Assembly (NCBI RefSeq): GCF_000176175.1 | Contig: NZ_ACZP01000013.1 | Location: 799,695 to 823,694 of the forward strand | Source of the DNA: Vibrio furnissii CIP 102972 | GTDB taxonomy: Bacteria > Pseudomonadota > Gammaproteobacteria > Enterobacterales > Vibrionaceae | Length of the DNA: 24,000 nucleotides | Direction: 5' to 3' | In this document: positions 1 through 8,389 of the stretch, in pieces | Position numbering within the stretch: position 1 is the first letter of the stretch | Layout of the letters: each line of letters starts with the position of its first letter | Notes under the pieces: model-generated | What the model was told of the DNA's origin: nothing | The model's input: only the letters and a program-made list of their open reading frames with translations | Database searches by the model: none | Position numbers and translations under genes: made by a program

Positions 1-1277
1 GTCACCACATCTTCAGCCTTGATTCGCGGTGGCAAGACATCTAGGTGCGACCCTTCATCCACTCGCAGTTCCAAGCCGATCTCGCGCGCGCGTTCGGTTT
101 TGCCCAGCAACATGCCTGCGATGAGCGGATCTTTCACGGTTTCGCGCAAAAACTCGATCAAGCTTTGATAATGTTCAGTTTCTTGGCCAATCAACTGTTG
201 CACCGCCTCAAGTTCACCCATCTGCACTAAGCCGCTGATGGTATTGAGTTTGTTGCGATGTTCATGGGTTTGTGAGCGCAGCATCTCCGCGTACTCTTTG
301 GTTTGCGACAATTGCTCGGTCAGCTCATTGAGTTCATCACGCAAGCGGAAACTCGACACCGCGCCGACCACTTTACCTTCAACAATCAGCGGGCTGCGGT
401 TGGCAATCAAACGCTGTTTATTGAGGTAGAGTTCAATGTCGTGGTCAATGTCGCCCGATTCCAACACGGTGTACAAGTCGCTGTCCGGCAGCGAATCGGT
501 CAGCAGCCGATTGAGCGCTTTATCGCGGTCAATGCCGAGAATTTCGCACGCGCTCTTGTTGATCGACCGCAACACACCTTGGTCATCGATGCTCAGAATG
601 CCCTCTTTGATGGTGCTCATGGTGACATCGAGTTCCACATACAACCGCCCAATCTCTTCCGGTTCAAAGCCCAAAATCGCTTTTTGAAAACGGCGGGAGA
701 CATAGCTGGAAACCACGCCGTTGGCCGCCACCACCAGAAACGTAATGCCAATCAAATAGATTAAATAGGGTTCGATACGATCTTGCAGGCGTTCCAACAA
801 ATAGCCGACGGACACCACGCCGATGATGTTGCCCTGCGCATCCAGCACCGCCGATTTGCCGCGCACAGACTTACCGAGCGAGCCTTGGGCAAACGACACA
901 TACGCTTCACCGTTGATCAAGGCGCGCTCGTTGTCGCCCCCCACCATCGGCTTGCCAATTCGACGTTCAAGCGGATGCACAATGCGAATGCCCTTCTCAT
1001 CGCCAATCACAATAAACGCCGCGCCAATCAGTTGGGTCAGATCGCGAAACCGCGCCTGCTGCGCGTCGGACGCATCGCCGGCTTGAATTAAATCGATGAC
1101 CGCAGGAGAACTGGCCAGAAACGACGCCACACCGAGCGCTTTCAGCCCCATTTCTTCTTCCTGTGCGTGCTTGATGTATACGAACCCGGCCGCCACCAGC
1201 ACCAGCAGTTCTATCAACCCGGATAAAGTCATTATGATCAGCATTCGTTTGCGAAAGCTGATGCTGTTCCATGTCAT
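1..1277 (-). CDS. Sensor histidine kinase, DcuS/CitA family (N-terminal ~425 codons; catalytic C-terminus lies beyond window start)
   Basis: My own minus-strand translation from ATG at 1277-1275; the ORF is absent from the track because it has no in-window stop. It reads MTWNSISFRKRMLIIMTLSGLIELLVLVAAGFVYI (TM1), a periplasmic sensor segment, LIYLIGITFLVVAANGVV (TM2), a cytoplasmic PAS-like segment, then the phospho-acceptor box MLRSQTHEHRNKLNTISGL. This layout is collinear with E. coli DcuS. The + strand ORFs 45-1317 in the track are antisense shadows. Confidence 0.85.
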   Translation of the reverse strand, partial: MTWNSISFRKRMLIIMTLSGLIELLVLVAAGFVYIKHAQEEEMGLKALGVASFLASSPAVIDLIQAGDASDAQQARFRDLTQLIGAAFIVIGDEKGIRIVHPLERRIGKPMVGGDNERALINGEAYVSFAQGSLGKSVRGKSAVLDAQGNIIGVVSVGYLLERLQDRIEPYLIYLIGITFLVVAANGVVSSYVSRRFQKAILGFEPEEIGRLYVELDVTMSTIKEGILSIDDQGVLRSINKSACEILGIDRDKALNRLLTDSLPDSDLYTVLESGDIDHDIELYLNKQRLIANRSPLIVEGKVVGAVSSFRLRDELNELTEQLSQTKEYAEMLRSQTHEHRNKLNTISGLVQMGELEAVQQLIGQETEHYQSLIEFLRETVKDPLIAGMLLGKTERAREIGLELRVDEGSHLDVLPPRIKAEDVV

Positions 1278-1644
1278 CGAAGTCTCCTTATTGCCAACAA
1301 AACTAACATTGAATTAACAACAGCGCGAAACGCGGAGCTGAGAACTGTGAGCCCTGTGATAGTCCCCAACTGATTCATTTCGATAACAAAAATCACTGAC
1401 TAAAAAACCAACTCAAAGCGTCCAATAAATCATCAAAAAAACAAAACCATTTACACCCTTAAAACATGGCATAGATCACATCATATTTAGGTTATTTTTA
1501 GTTCGTTTGGGTGAATAGCCGATATACTCAATGGGCAGTGAGCACTGAAGGAAGCGTTGTAATGACAATCACGACTTTTAAATAACTATTCAAACGTGAT
1601 TGCGGCTTAACGAATACAACTACATTGTCAGAAGGAAACTCACC

Positions 1645-1878
1645 ATGGAAAGAGATGCATTTGGAATATGTTTGTCGCATGACATGCTATTCGAGAATTT
1701 GCACGGCACATTTACGCATGTTCGGGCTTATGAGCTAGAATCGGAAGATGATGACCACCTACGTGTGCTGCTGGCATTCCCACAAATGTCTGGTAAAGAT
1801 GTCTTGGTGACCATGCAAGGCACCAAAAAACTTATCTGGCGCGCTGATTTTTTGTGCCCCTCTCATTCTCAGATCTAA
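1645..1878 (+). CDS. Hypothetical small acidic protein (77 aa), no family recognised
   Basis: ATG at 1645 is preceded by AGGA about 8 nt upstream (gtcagaaggaaactcaccATG). The track ORF 1600..1878 starts at a TTG I consider less likely. A hairpin follows at 1884-1909 (cgctgac/gtcagcg) but has no U-tract. No recognisable motif. Confidence 0.35.
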   Translation: MERDAFGICLSHDMLFENLHGTFTHVRAYELESEDDDHLRVLLAFPQMSGKDVLVTMQGTKKLIWRADFLCPSHSQI

Positions 1879-2029
1879 TTGTTCGCTGACTTCGTAAACC
1901 GGGTCAGCGTGCTCTCGCATGCGTTGCACTTTCTTGTATACTGCTGATGGCTTTTAAAATTCTGTCACGTCAGGCAGAAAATCGATAATATAGAGCATTA
2001 ACTCTAAAAACCAAATTCTGAGCTTAAGC

Positions 2030-3469
2030 ATGAAAGTGAAAACCATCAGTATGCTGATGTGTTCACTGTTAGGAATCTCGTCAGTGTCTGCTGCGCCCAT
2101 CTCTTTCCAGCAAGCCTGGGAAATATTGCAGCAAAACAATAATTCTTTAGCCGCTGAACGAGCCAACGTTGAACACTACGAACACCTGCAAGACGCGACG
2201 TGGAACCTGAACCTGCCGTCGGTCACGGTCGGCGCCAACTACACCCGTCTTGATCAAGACGTCACCTTATCTCTGAAGCAGATCGCCGATAGTGCGGGAG
2301 GCGTGAGTATTCCGGCCTCTTTGGCTGCTTATGCCCCACTCTTTGCGTCACTCGGCTCCCTCACCTCTACCATCACCGAGCGCGATGTGTTCACATCCTC
2401 CATTCGCGCCATGTGGCCTATTTTTACGGGTGGACGCATCACCGCTGCGCAAGATGCCGCGGAAGGTAAAAAAGAAGAAGCGCAAAGCAAACTGGCGATG
2501 GAAACCCAAGCCCGTTATGAAGATCTCGCCAAATACTACTTCAGCGTGGTACTGGCAAAGGAGGTCGTGCAAACGCGCATCGCGGTTGAGCAAGGGTTAA
2601 CCAAACACCGTGATAACGCGATCAAGCTGGAAAAACAGGGGCAAATCGCCCACGTAGAACGCTTGCAAGCCGACGCTTCATTAGATAAGGCGACGGTGGA
2701 GCGCAAAAAAGCGCAGAAAGATCTCGATATTGCGCAAAGCGCACTGACGCAGATTCTCAGTCAAGAGTCGGTTGTCGAACCGAGCGGCGGCCTGTTCATC
2801 AATCAGAGCTTGCCGCCCATGAGTGCCTTCATCGATCAAACCTTGGCGACGTATCCGGGGCTAGCCATACTGGCTGCGAAAGAGAAGCAGGCATCGAGCC
2901 TCATCAAAGCGGAGAAAGGCAAATATTACCCAGAAGTCTACCTATACGGCAGCTACAACCTGTATGAAGACGACTCGCTTGCCAGCCAATTGGCCCCCGA
3001 TTGGATGGTTGGCGTTGGCGTCAACGTCCCGCTGATTGAAAACACGGGTCGTTCGTCTCAAGTCAAAGCCGCCAGCAGCACCGTCAATCAGGTGAAATTT
3101 TTAACCGCGCAAGCCAAACAAGATCTCAGCGTGTTGGTGCAAAAAACCTACAAAGAAGCCGAACAAGCCTTAGAAGAAGTACAAGGCTTGAATTCGAGCT
3201 TAAAACTGGCGCAAGAGAACCTGATGCTGCGCCAGAAAGCGTTCAGCCAAGGGCTGTCGACCTCTTTGGATGTGGTGGATGCCGAATTGTATCTCGCCAG
3301 CATTCGCACGCAGCAAGCCGCGGCAGGGTTTAATTATCTGATTTCACTGACCAAACTATTGGCAATTTCCAGTGAAATGACCACCTTCCCGCAATACACT
3401 CAGAGCGCTATTCCTCTGGTGACACACCCTTCCGACAACCAATTCAACACGCAAAAGGATCCTTCATGA
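2030..3469 (+). CDS. Outer-membrane efflux factor, TolC/OEP family
   Basis: 479-aa ORF with signal peptide MKVKTISMLMCSLLGISSVSA/AP and the long coiled-coil-rich two-repeat organisation typical of TolC-like OMFs. Its stop overlaps the next start (ATGA at 3466-3469). Confidence 0.88.
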   Translation: MKVKTISMLMCSLLGISSVSAAPISFQQAWEILQQNNNSLAAERANVEHYEHLQDATWNLNLPSVTVGANYTRLDQDVTLSLKQIADSAGGVSIPASLAAYAPLFASLGSLTSTITERDVFTSSIRAMWPIFTGGRITAAQDAAEGKKEEAQSKLAMETQARYEDLAKYYFSVVLAKEVVQTRIAVEQGLTKHRDNAIKLEKQGQIAHVERLQADASLDKATVERKKAQKDLDIAQSALTQILSQESVVEPSGGLFINQSLPPMSAFIDQTLATYPGLAILAAKEKQASSLIKAEKGKYYPEVYLYGSYNLYEDDSLASQLAPDWMVGVGVNVPLIENTGRSSQVKAASSTVNQVKFLTAQAKQDLSVLVQKTYKEAEQALEEVQGLNSSLKLAQENLMLRQKAFSQGLSTSLDVVDAELYLASIRTQQAAAGFNYLISLTKLLAISSEMTTFPQYTQSAIPLVTHPSDNQFNTQKDPS

Positions 3470-4440
3470 AAGCGGCAAAATCGTCTCTTCTTGCTGTCAC
3501 TGTCTTAGCAGCCGCGGGCTGGATTGGTTACAGCTTTTATCAGGCCTATCAACCCGCCCCCGTGCGCCTGCAAGGCCAAATTGAATCGCAGCAATACAGC
3601 ATCTCTTCCAAAGTGCCGGGTCGAATTGATCAGGTCTATGTGCGCAAAGGGGATGACGTCAAAAAGGGCCAGCTGATTTTCACCCTGCACAGCCCAGAAA
3701 TTGAAGCCAAGTTGGAACAGGCCATCGCCGGTCAGAAAGCCGCGGGCGCGCTGGCACAAGAAGCAGAAAACGGCGCGCGTGAACAGCAAATTCGCGCAGC
3801 CAAAGACCAATGGATGAAAGCCAAAGCTGCGGCGGAACTGGCAGAAAAGACTTACCTACGCGTTAACAATCTGTATAACGACGGCGTGGTCGCCGAACAA
3901 AAACGCGACGAAGCCAATACCCAATGGCAAGCTGCGAAATATACCGAAAGCGCCGCATTCCAAATGTATGAAATGGCCCGTGAAGGTGCGCGTGCCGAAA
4001 CCAAACAAGCGGCTCAGGAAAAAGCACGCATGGCCGCAGGTGCCGTGGCAGAAGTGGAAGCGTACGCCGCCGATACCAAGATCGAAAGCTGGTTTGATGG
4101 CGAAGTGTCGCAGGTGCTGATGCAAAGCGGTGAACTGGCTCCGCAAGGCTTCCCGGTGGTGACGGTGATTGATCGCGAAGACTCATGGGCGGTGCTCAAT
4201 GTGCGTGAAGATCTGCTTAGCTATTTTGAAAAAGGCGCAACATTTACCGCTTATTTGCCCGCACTCAATCAATCGCTGGAATTTAAAGTGACGCACGTTG
4301 CGGTGATGGGTGATTTCGCTACTTGGCGCTCAACTGACTCAGCGCAAGGCTTTGACTTGCGTACCTTTGAAATCGAAGCTCGCCCAACCGCGCCAGAAGC
4401 AAAACTGCGCATGGGCATGAGCGTGGTCGTTGAGTTGTAA
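3466..4440 (+). CDS. HlyD-family periplasmic adaptor / membrane fusion protein (YbhG/YhiI-like)
   Basis: 324 aa with N-terminal anchor LLAVTVLAAAGWIGYSFY, a lipoyl-like hairpin (ISSKVPGRIDQVYVRKGDDVKKGQLIFTL), an Ala/Gln/Glu-rich coiled coil and a C-terminal beta-barrel segment. TAA at 4438-4440 abuts the next start. Confidence 0.88.
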   Translation: MKAAKSSLLAVTVLAAAGWIGYSFYQAYQPAPVRLQGQIESQQYSISSKVPGRIDQVYVRKGDDVKKGQLIFTLHSPEIEAKLEQAIAGQKAAGALAQEAENGAREQQIRAAKDQWMKAKAAAELAEKTYLRVNNLYNDGVVAEQKRDEANTQWQAAKYTESAAFQMYEMAREGARAETKQAAQEKARMAAGAVAEVEAYAADTKIESWFDGEVSQVLMQSGELAPQGFPVVTVIDREDSWAVLNVREDLLSYFEKGATFTAYLPALNQSLEFKVTHVAVMGDFATWRSTDSAQGFDLRTFEIEARPTAPEAKLRMGMSVVVEL

Positions 4441-5607
4441 GTGATGCGCCGCGCTCTTCCTTCTCAATGGCAACTGCTGCGCCACGACCATTGGTTACTG
4501 GCCTGTCTGACGTGGGTTCCCCTGCTGCTGGCCGGTTCCATCTGGTGGATTTTCTCGGCGGGCATCGCGCAGAACCTGCCGATTGGCGTGGTGGATTTGT
4601 CGCACAGTCAGCTTTCTCGCCAGTTGGTGCGTGATCTTGACGCGACATCGACGCTAGCGGTCACCCGCCACTATCAAAACGTAGCCCAAGCCAAAGATGA
4701 TTTGGTGACCAGTGACATCTACGCTTACGTGGTCATTCCGTATCAGTTTGATAAAGCGATTTATCGCGGCGAGCAACCACGCGTCACAACCTTTTACAAC
4801 AGCCAGTACATTCTGGTGGGCCGCCTGATCAACTCCGCCGTGGTGCAAGTTCAAGGCACACTCAACGCAAAAATTGATGTGGTGAAAACACTCGCTTCTG
4901 GCGACCAAACCACACTCAGTGCGATGGGGCGTTCAGTGCCCGTGCGCACGCAAATTACAGCGCTGTTTAACAAAAACACCAACTACGCCCAGTTTTTGGT
5001 GTCGGCCATTGTGCCTGCGTTGTGGCAGATCGTGGTGGTGGTGAGCACCATTTTGATCCTGACGGCCAACTATCGCGAATACGGACTCAACGCATGGTTG
5101 GGTAACCGCCCCTTGCGCAATTTAACGCGCACGCTAGCGCCCTACTACCCCATTTTCGTGCTGCAAGGCGGCGCATTTCTGGTGTGGTTTTACACGGTGC
5201 TGGAGTGGCCAATGCATGGCAGCATGATGGTGATGCTGGTCGCACAGCTGCTGACGGCGATCGCCTGCATGATCATGGGCGCCGCGTTCTACTTCCTCAC
5301 TTTGGATCCCGCGCGAGCCATGAGCTTTGCAGGCGCCTTTACCGCGCCGAGCTTTGCGTTTATGGGCATTACCTTTCCAACATCGGATATGGGATCACTG
5401 GCGCAAGCGTGGCGTAGCCTGCTGCCTATCAGCCACTACATTGAAGTGCAAGTGAGCCAAGTCAGTTATGGGCTAAACGCGGCGAAATCGCTCGCCCACT
5501 TGTGGCCGATGGCGGGATACATTCTTCCGCTGCTGCTAACCGTGGCGCTAATTCGCAAACACCAACGCAAAGAACAGGCTGTAAGGAGTGCCCATGACCC
5601 TGCTTGA
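4441..5607 (+). CDS. ABC-2 type transporter permease (YbhS/YbhR/YhhJ-like, ABC2_membrane_3 type)
   Basis: 388 aa: one N-terminal TM helix, a soluble loop of about 150 aa, then about five C-terminal TM helices. The start is GTG 4441 or ATG 4444. No nucleotide-binding motifs. Confidence 0.85.
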   Translation: MMRRALPSQWQLLRHDHWLLACLTWVPLLLAGSIWWIFSAGIAQNLPIGVVDLSHSQLSRQLVRDLDATSTLAVTRHYQNVAQAKDDLVTSDIYAYVVIPYQFDKAIYRGEQPRVTTFYNSQYILVGRLINSAVVQVQGTLNAKIDVVKTLASGDQTTLSAMGRSVPVRTQITALFNKNTNYAQFLVSAIVPALWQIVVVVSTILILTANYREYGLNAWLGNRPLRNLTRTLAPYYPIFVLQGGAFLVWFYTVLEWPMHGSMMVMLVAQLLTAIACMIMGAAFYFLTLDPARAMSFAGAFTAPSFAFMGITFPTSDMGSLAQAWRSLLPISHYIEVQVSQVSYGLNAAKSLAHLWPMAGYILPLLLTVALIRKHQRKEQAVRSAHDPA

Positions 5608-6742
5608 ACTGTTTAAAGCCGAACTGAAAGCACTTTTCACCAATCCGGTCGTCATGTTGACCATGATTGGCGGCGTGGTGTTCTATTCGTTCCTTTATCC
5701 ACTGCCCTACAGTCACCAGACGCCACGTGAGCAAACCATCAGCGTGGTGAACCTTGATAAAAGTCAGGCCAGCTACCAACTAGAACGCATGGTAGATGCG
5801 ACACCGCAAGTACACGTCGTTCAGCGCGATCATTCGATTGAAGACGCCAAACAGGCGTTTCTGGATGGCAAAGTAAGTGGGATCTTGGTGATCCCAGAGC
5901 ATTTTTACAAAGACTTGCTGCTGGGGAAAAGCCCAACCTTAGCGTACGCCGGTGACGCGTCTTACTTTCTGGTTTACGGCACCATTGTGGAAGGTTTGGC
6001 GCAGGTGGGCGGCACGGTTTCAGCCAAAGCCAAAGTCTCTCGCTTGGTGATGGAAGGCGAACCGATGGCGCTAGCCACGCATCACTATGCCGCAACACAA
6101 TCAAACCTCAAACCGACGTTTAACGCGCGCATGGGTTACGTTGACTACGTGGTGCCTGCGGTGTTTGTGCTGATCCTGCAACAAACGCTGGCGATGTCGT
6201 CGGGGTTGATGGTTGGCACACAAAAGCAAGGACGCGGCTATTGGAGCCGAGTGTCGCCGCTGCGGTTGGTTTTGGTGCGAACATGCATCATCGTCGCCTG
6301 CTACTACCTGCTCAGCATGTATTACTTCGGCGCCAGTTTCACCTCTCACGGCGTGAACACACTGGCCAGCGCAGGACAACTGCTCACACTGCTGCTGCCC
6401 TTTTTGCTCAGTGCCTGCTTTATCGGTATTTGGCTTGGCGCCATCACGCCACGTCGTGAACTGGTGACCTTGGTGGTGCTGATCAGCTCGATGCCGCTGG
6501 TCTTTTCTGCGGGCTTTATCTGGCCGATTGAAGCGATTCCCACGCCGTTGGTTTGGATGTCGAAGCTATTTCCGAGTACACCGGGGATTCAGGGCTTTTT
6601 GGCATTGAACCAGATGGGCGCAGAATGGCGGCAGATCGCGCCACAATGGACGCTGTTATGGCTTCAAACCATCGGTTGGGGTGTTTTGGCATGGTGGCAG
6701 TTTCAACGCACAGGTCAAGGTGAGTTAGCGCATCGCGATTAA
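5594..6742 (+). CDS. ABC-2 type transporter permease, paralogue of the preceding gene
   Basis: Same topology as the upstream permease. I prefer ATG 5594, which has AAGGAG at 5583-5588, over the track's GTG at 5588. It overlaps the upstream gene by 14 nt. Confidence 0.85.
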   Translation: MTLLELFKAELKALFTNPVVMLTMIGGVVFYSFLYPLPYSHQTPREQTISVVNLDKSQASYQLERMVDATPQVHVVQRDHSIEDAKQAFLDGKVSGILVIPEHFYKDLLLGKSPTLAYAGDASYFLVYGTIVEGLAQVGGTVSAKAKVSRLVMEGEPMALATHHYAATQSNLKPTFNARMGYVDYVVPAVFVLILQQTLAMSSGLMVGTQKQGRGYWSRVSPLRLVLVRTCIIVACYYLLSMYYFGASFTSHGVNTLASAGQLLTLLLPFLLSACFIGIWLGAITPRRELVTLVVLISSMPLVFSAGFIWPIEAIPTPLVWMSKLFPSTPGIQGFLALNQMGAEWRQIAPQWTLLWLQTIGWGVLAWWQFQRTGQGELAHRD

Positions 6743-6747
6743 GCGCT

Positions 6748-7122
6748 TTATGCCTGCCATTGCTGACGCATGCGTTCAATGGTGGCGGGGTCAACACCAT
6801 GAATATTCTGGAAATTCCCCCGACAGACTTGAATGACCAATTTGGCGCGATATGTTCGCGCCAGTTTTTTATAGGCACTCATTTCCCAATGACGAACGAA
6901 CGTGTTCGCCACCACCACGCTATTTCCTTGCGCCAACTCGCGTTCACATGCCTGCTGACACCATTCATGCGCTTTGCCAATCCACTCAGGGCGATAATGG
7001 TATTCCCCCTGCGCATTGACAAAAAACATATCCGCTTCCAAATGCACGCCCGGCAAGGTTTTCGCCAGTGTGGATTTACCGGAACCGGGCAAACCGCGAA
7101 TCAAGGTTAAGGTGAGCGTCAT
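6748..7122 (-). CDS. Small P-loop kinase-like protein (AAA_33 / polynucleotide-kinase-like NTPase)
   Basis: 124 aa with N-terminal Walker A LIRGLPGSGKSTLA, a hydrophobic strand VVVANTF and the C-terminal segment HGVDPATIERMRQQW. This layout resembles the kinase domain of T4 Pnk. No ABC signature motif. Confidence 0.7.
   Translation of the reverse strand: MTLTLTLIRGLPGSGKSTLAKTLPGVHLEADMFFVNAQGEYHYRPEWIGKAHEWCQQACERELAQGNSVVVANTFVRHWEMSAYKKLARTYRAKLVIQVCRGNFQNIHGVDPATIERMRQQWQA
6844..6870 (+). terminator. Rho-independent terminator of the OMF-MFP-ABC-2 operon, embedded in the convergent kinase CDS
   Basis: Stem ggcgcga (6844-6850), loop tatgt, stem tcgcgcc (6856-6862), then ag + tttttt (6865-6870). 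It lies about 100 nt after the + strand stop at 6742. Confidence 0.6.
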
Positions 7123-7214
7123 GGTGTGTTTTGAGTAGGAAAATCGTAGCTTTTATACTAACTTAATTTGGCGTTCGCTGCATTTTGCTATCGACAACTT
7201 CCAGGAGTTAGGTT

Positions 7215-7246
7215 ATAAGTCTAGAAGTATAGACGTCCAAATGTAA
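7215..7246. promoter_or_regulatory. Putative MetJ operator: four tandem 8-bp met boxes upstream of metA
   Basis: Contiguous octamers ATAAGTCT, AGAAGTAT, AGACGTCC and AAATGTAA match the consensus AGACGTCT at 6/8, 6/8, 7/8 and 4/8. They end 18 nt before the metA GTG start. Confidence 0.55.
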
Positions 7247-7263
7247 CGCTTAGGGAGAAAGCT

Positions 7264-8205
7264 GTGCCGATTAAGATCCCCGATCAATTGCCTGCAACTG
7301 ATGTTCTACGCAAAGAAAACATCTTCGTAATGCCTGAATCTCGGGCATCCACGCAAGAAATTCGTCCGCTGAAAGTGCTGATCTTAAATCTGATGCCCAA
7401 GAAGATTGAGACAGAAACGCAGTTCTTGCGTCTGTTGTCCAATTCACCGCTTCAGGTGGACATTGAATTGCTGCGCATCGACGATCGCCCAAGCAAAAAC
7501 ACTCCAGAAGAGCATCTAAACGAGTTCTATCGCCAATTTGAAATCATTAGTCATCGTAACTTCGATGGCCTGATCATTACTGGCGCGCCTTTAGGTTTAG
7601 TGCAATTTGAGGATGTGGTGTATTGGGATCATTTGCAACGCATCATGGAATGGGCCAAAGAGCATGTCACCTCCACACTGTATGTGTGTTGGGCAGCGCA
7701 AGCTGGCCTAAAACTGTTGTATAACCTGCCAAAACGCACTCGAGAAGAGAAGTTGTCTGGCGTGTATCACCACGAAACGCTTCAGCCGTTCCATCCGCTG
7801 ACACGCGGGTTTGATGATACATTCCTTGCACCTCACTCACGCTACGCCGATTTTGAGCCCGGATTTCTGGATACACATACCGATCTGGATATTCTGGCGA
7901 CATCAGACGAAGCGGGGGTGTATCTGGCATCCACCAAAGACAAACGCAACGTGTTCGTGACCGGGCATCCAGAATACGATTCCCTCACGCTGCACAATGA
8001 ATACGTTCGTGATGTGGGTGAAGGGCTTGACCCCATGATTCCGGTCAATTACTACCGAAATGATGACCCTTCACAAACACCGCGCGCCAGTTGGCGCAGC
8101 CACGGGCATTTGCTGTTTGCAAACTGGCTCAACTACTGCGTTTACCAACAAACGCCGTACGATCTGGAACATTTCAGCGAAGATCGCTTCACCAAAGACG
8201 ATTAA
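7264..8205 (+). CDS. metA: Homoserine O-succinyltransferase (homoserine transsuccinylase)
   Basis: 313 aa, collinear and highly similar to E. coli MetA (MPI.P.LPA...[51 protein letters not shown]; HSRYADF; ASWRSHG.LLF.NWLNY.VYQ.TPYDL). GTG start, with GGGAGA upstream. Confidence 0.97.
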   Translation: MPIKIPDQLPATDVLRKENIFVMPESRASTQEIRPLKVLILNLMPKKIETETQFLRLLSNSPLQVDIELLRIDDRPSKNTPEEHLNEFYRQFEIISHRNFDGLIITGAPLGLVQFEDVVYWDHLQRIMEWAKEHVTSTLYVCWAAQAGLKLLYNLPKRTREEKLSGVYHHETLQPFHPLTRGFDDTFLAPHSRYADFEPGFLDTHTDLDILATSDEAGVYLASTKDKRNVFVTGHPEYDSLTLHNEYVRDVGEGLDPMIPVNYYRNDDPSQTPRASWRSHGHLLFANWLNYCVYQQTPYDLEHFSEDRFTKDD

Positions 8206-8223
8206 TCAATATTGCCCCGCTCA

Positions 8224-8246
8224 GGCCGCTCACGCGGCCTTTTTTA
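8224..8246 (+). terminator. Rho-independent terminator of metA
   Basis: Stem ggccgc (8224-8229), loop tcac, stem gcggcc (8234-8239), followed by tttttta. Confidence 0.85.
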
Positions 8247-8389
8247 TGCGCGGTTGGGCGGTTTTATCTCGCTCGCAATCTGCACACCTTGAGCCGTATG
8301 TTTGCCAACTGACTCGCAATGTTTCCCCGCGCAACTGGGCGAAGCGCCTGTCGTGCTTATCATTGTGCCGCAAGCGAAGGAGAGTGCGA

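Noticed and set aside
45-1317. Eight ORF-track entries (45..230, 238..429, 303..764, 436..687, 783..1091, 823..1086 on +; 997..1272 on -; 1096..1317 on +)
   Set aside because: All lie within, or are out of frame with, the minus-strand DcuS/CitA-like kinase gene, which translates cleanly from 1277 to the window edge. Their products are low-complexity or Arg-rich shadow sequences with no motifs.
1345-1362. tgtgagccctgtgata, considered as a CRP-like site
   Set aside because: The second half-site (TGATA) does not match the required TCACA inverted half, so it is only a direct repeat of TGTGA-like pentamers.
2331-6543. Alternative-frame and antisense ORFs inside the OMF/MFP/ABC-2 genes (e.g. 2331..2600, 3505..3810, 3863..4186, 4319..4648, 5739..6104, 6101..6379). 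I checked specifically for a hidden ATPase.
   Set aside because: None contains Walker A/B or ABC signature motifs. The sequences are Arg/Pro/Ser-rich, as expected for off-frame translation of GC-rich coding DNA.
8060-8389. 110-codon N-terminal extension of the pilW-like ORF as given in the track
   Set aside because: It overlaps the metA 3' end, runs through the metA terminator hairpin and starts at a non-ATG codon. Its sequence is Arg/Cys-rich nonsense. A good SD plus ATG plus lipoprotein signal begins at 8390.
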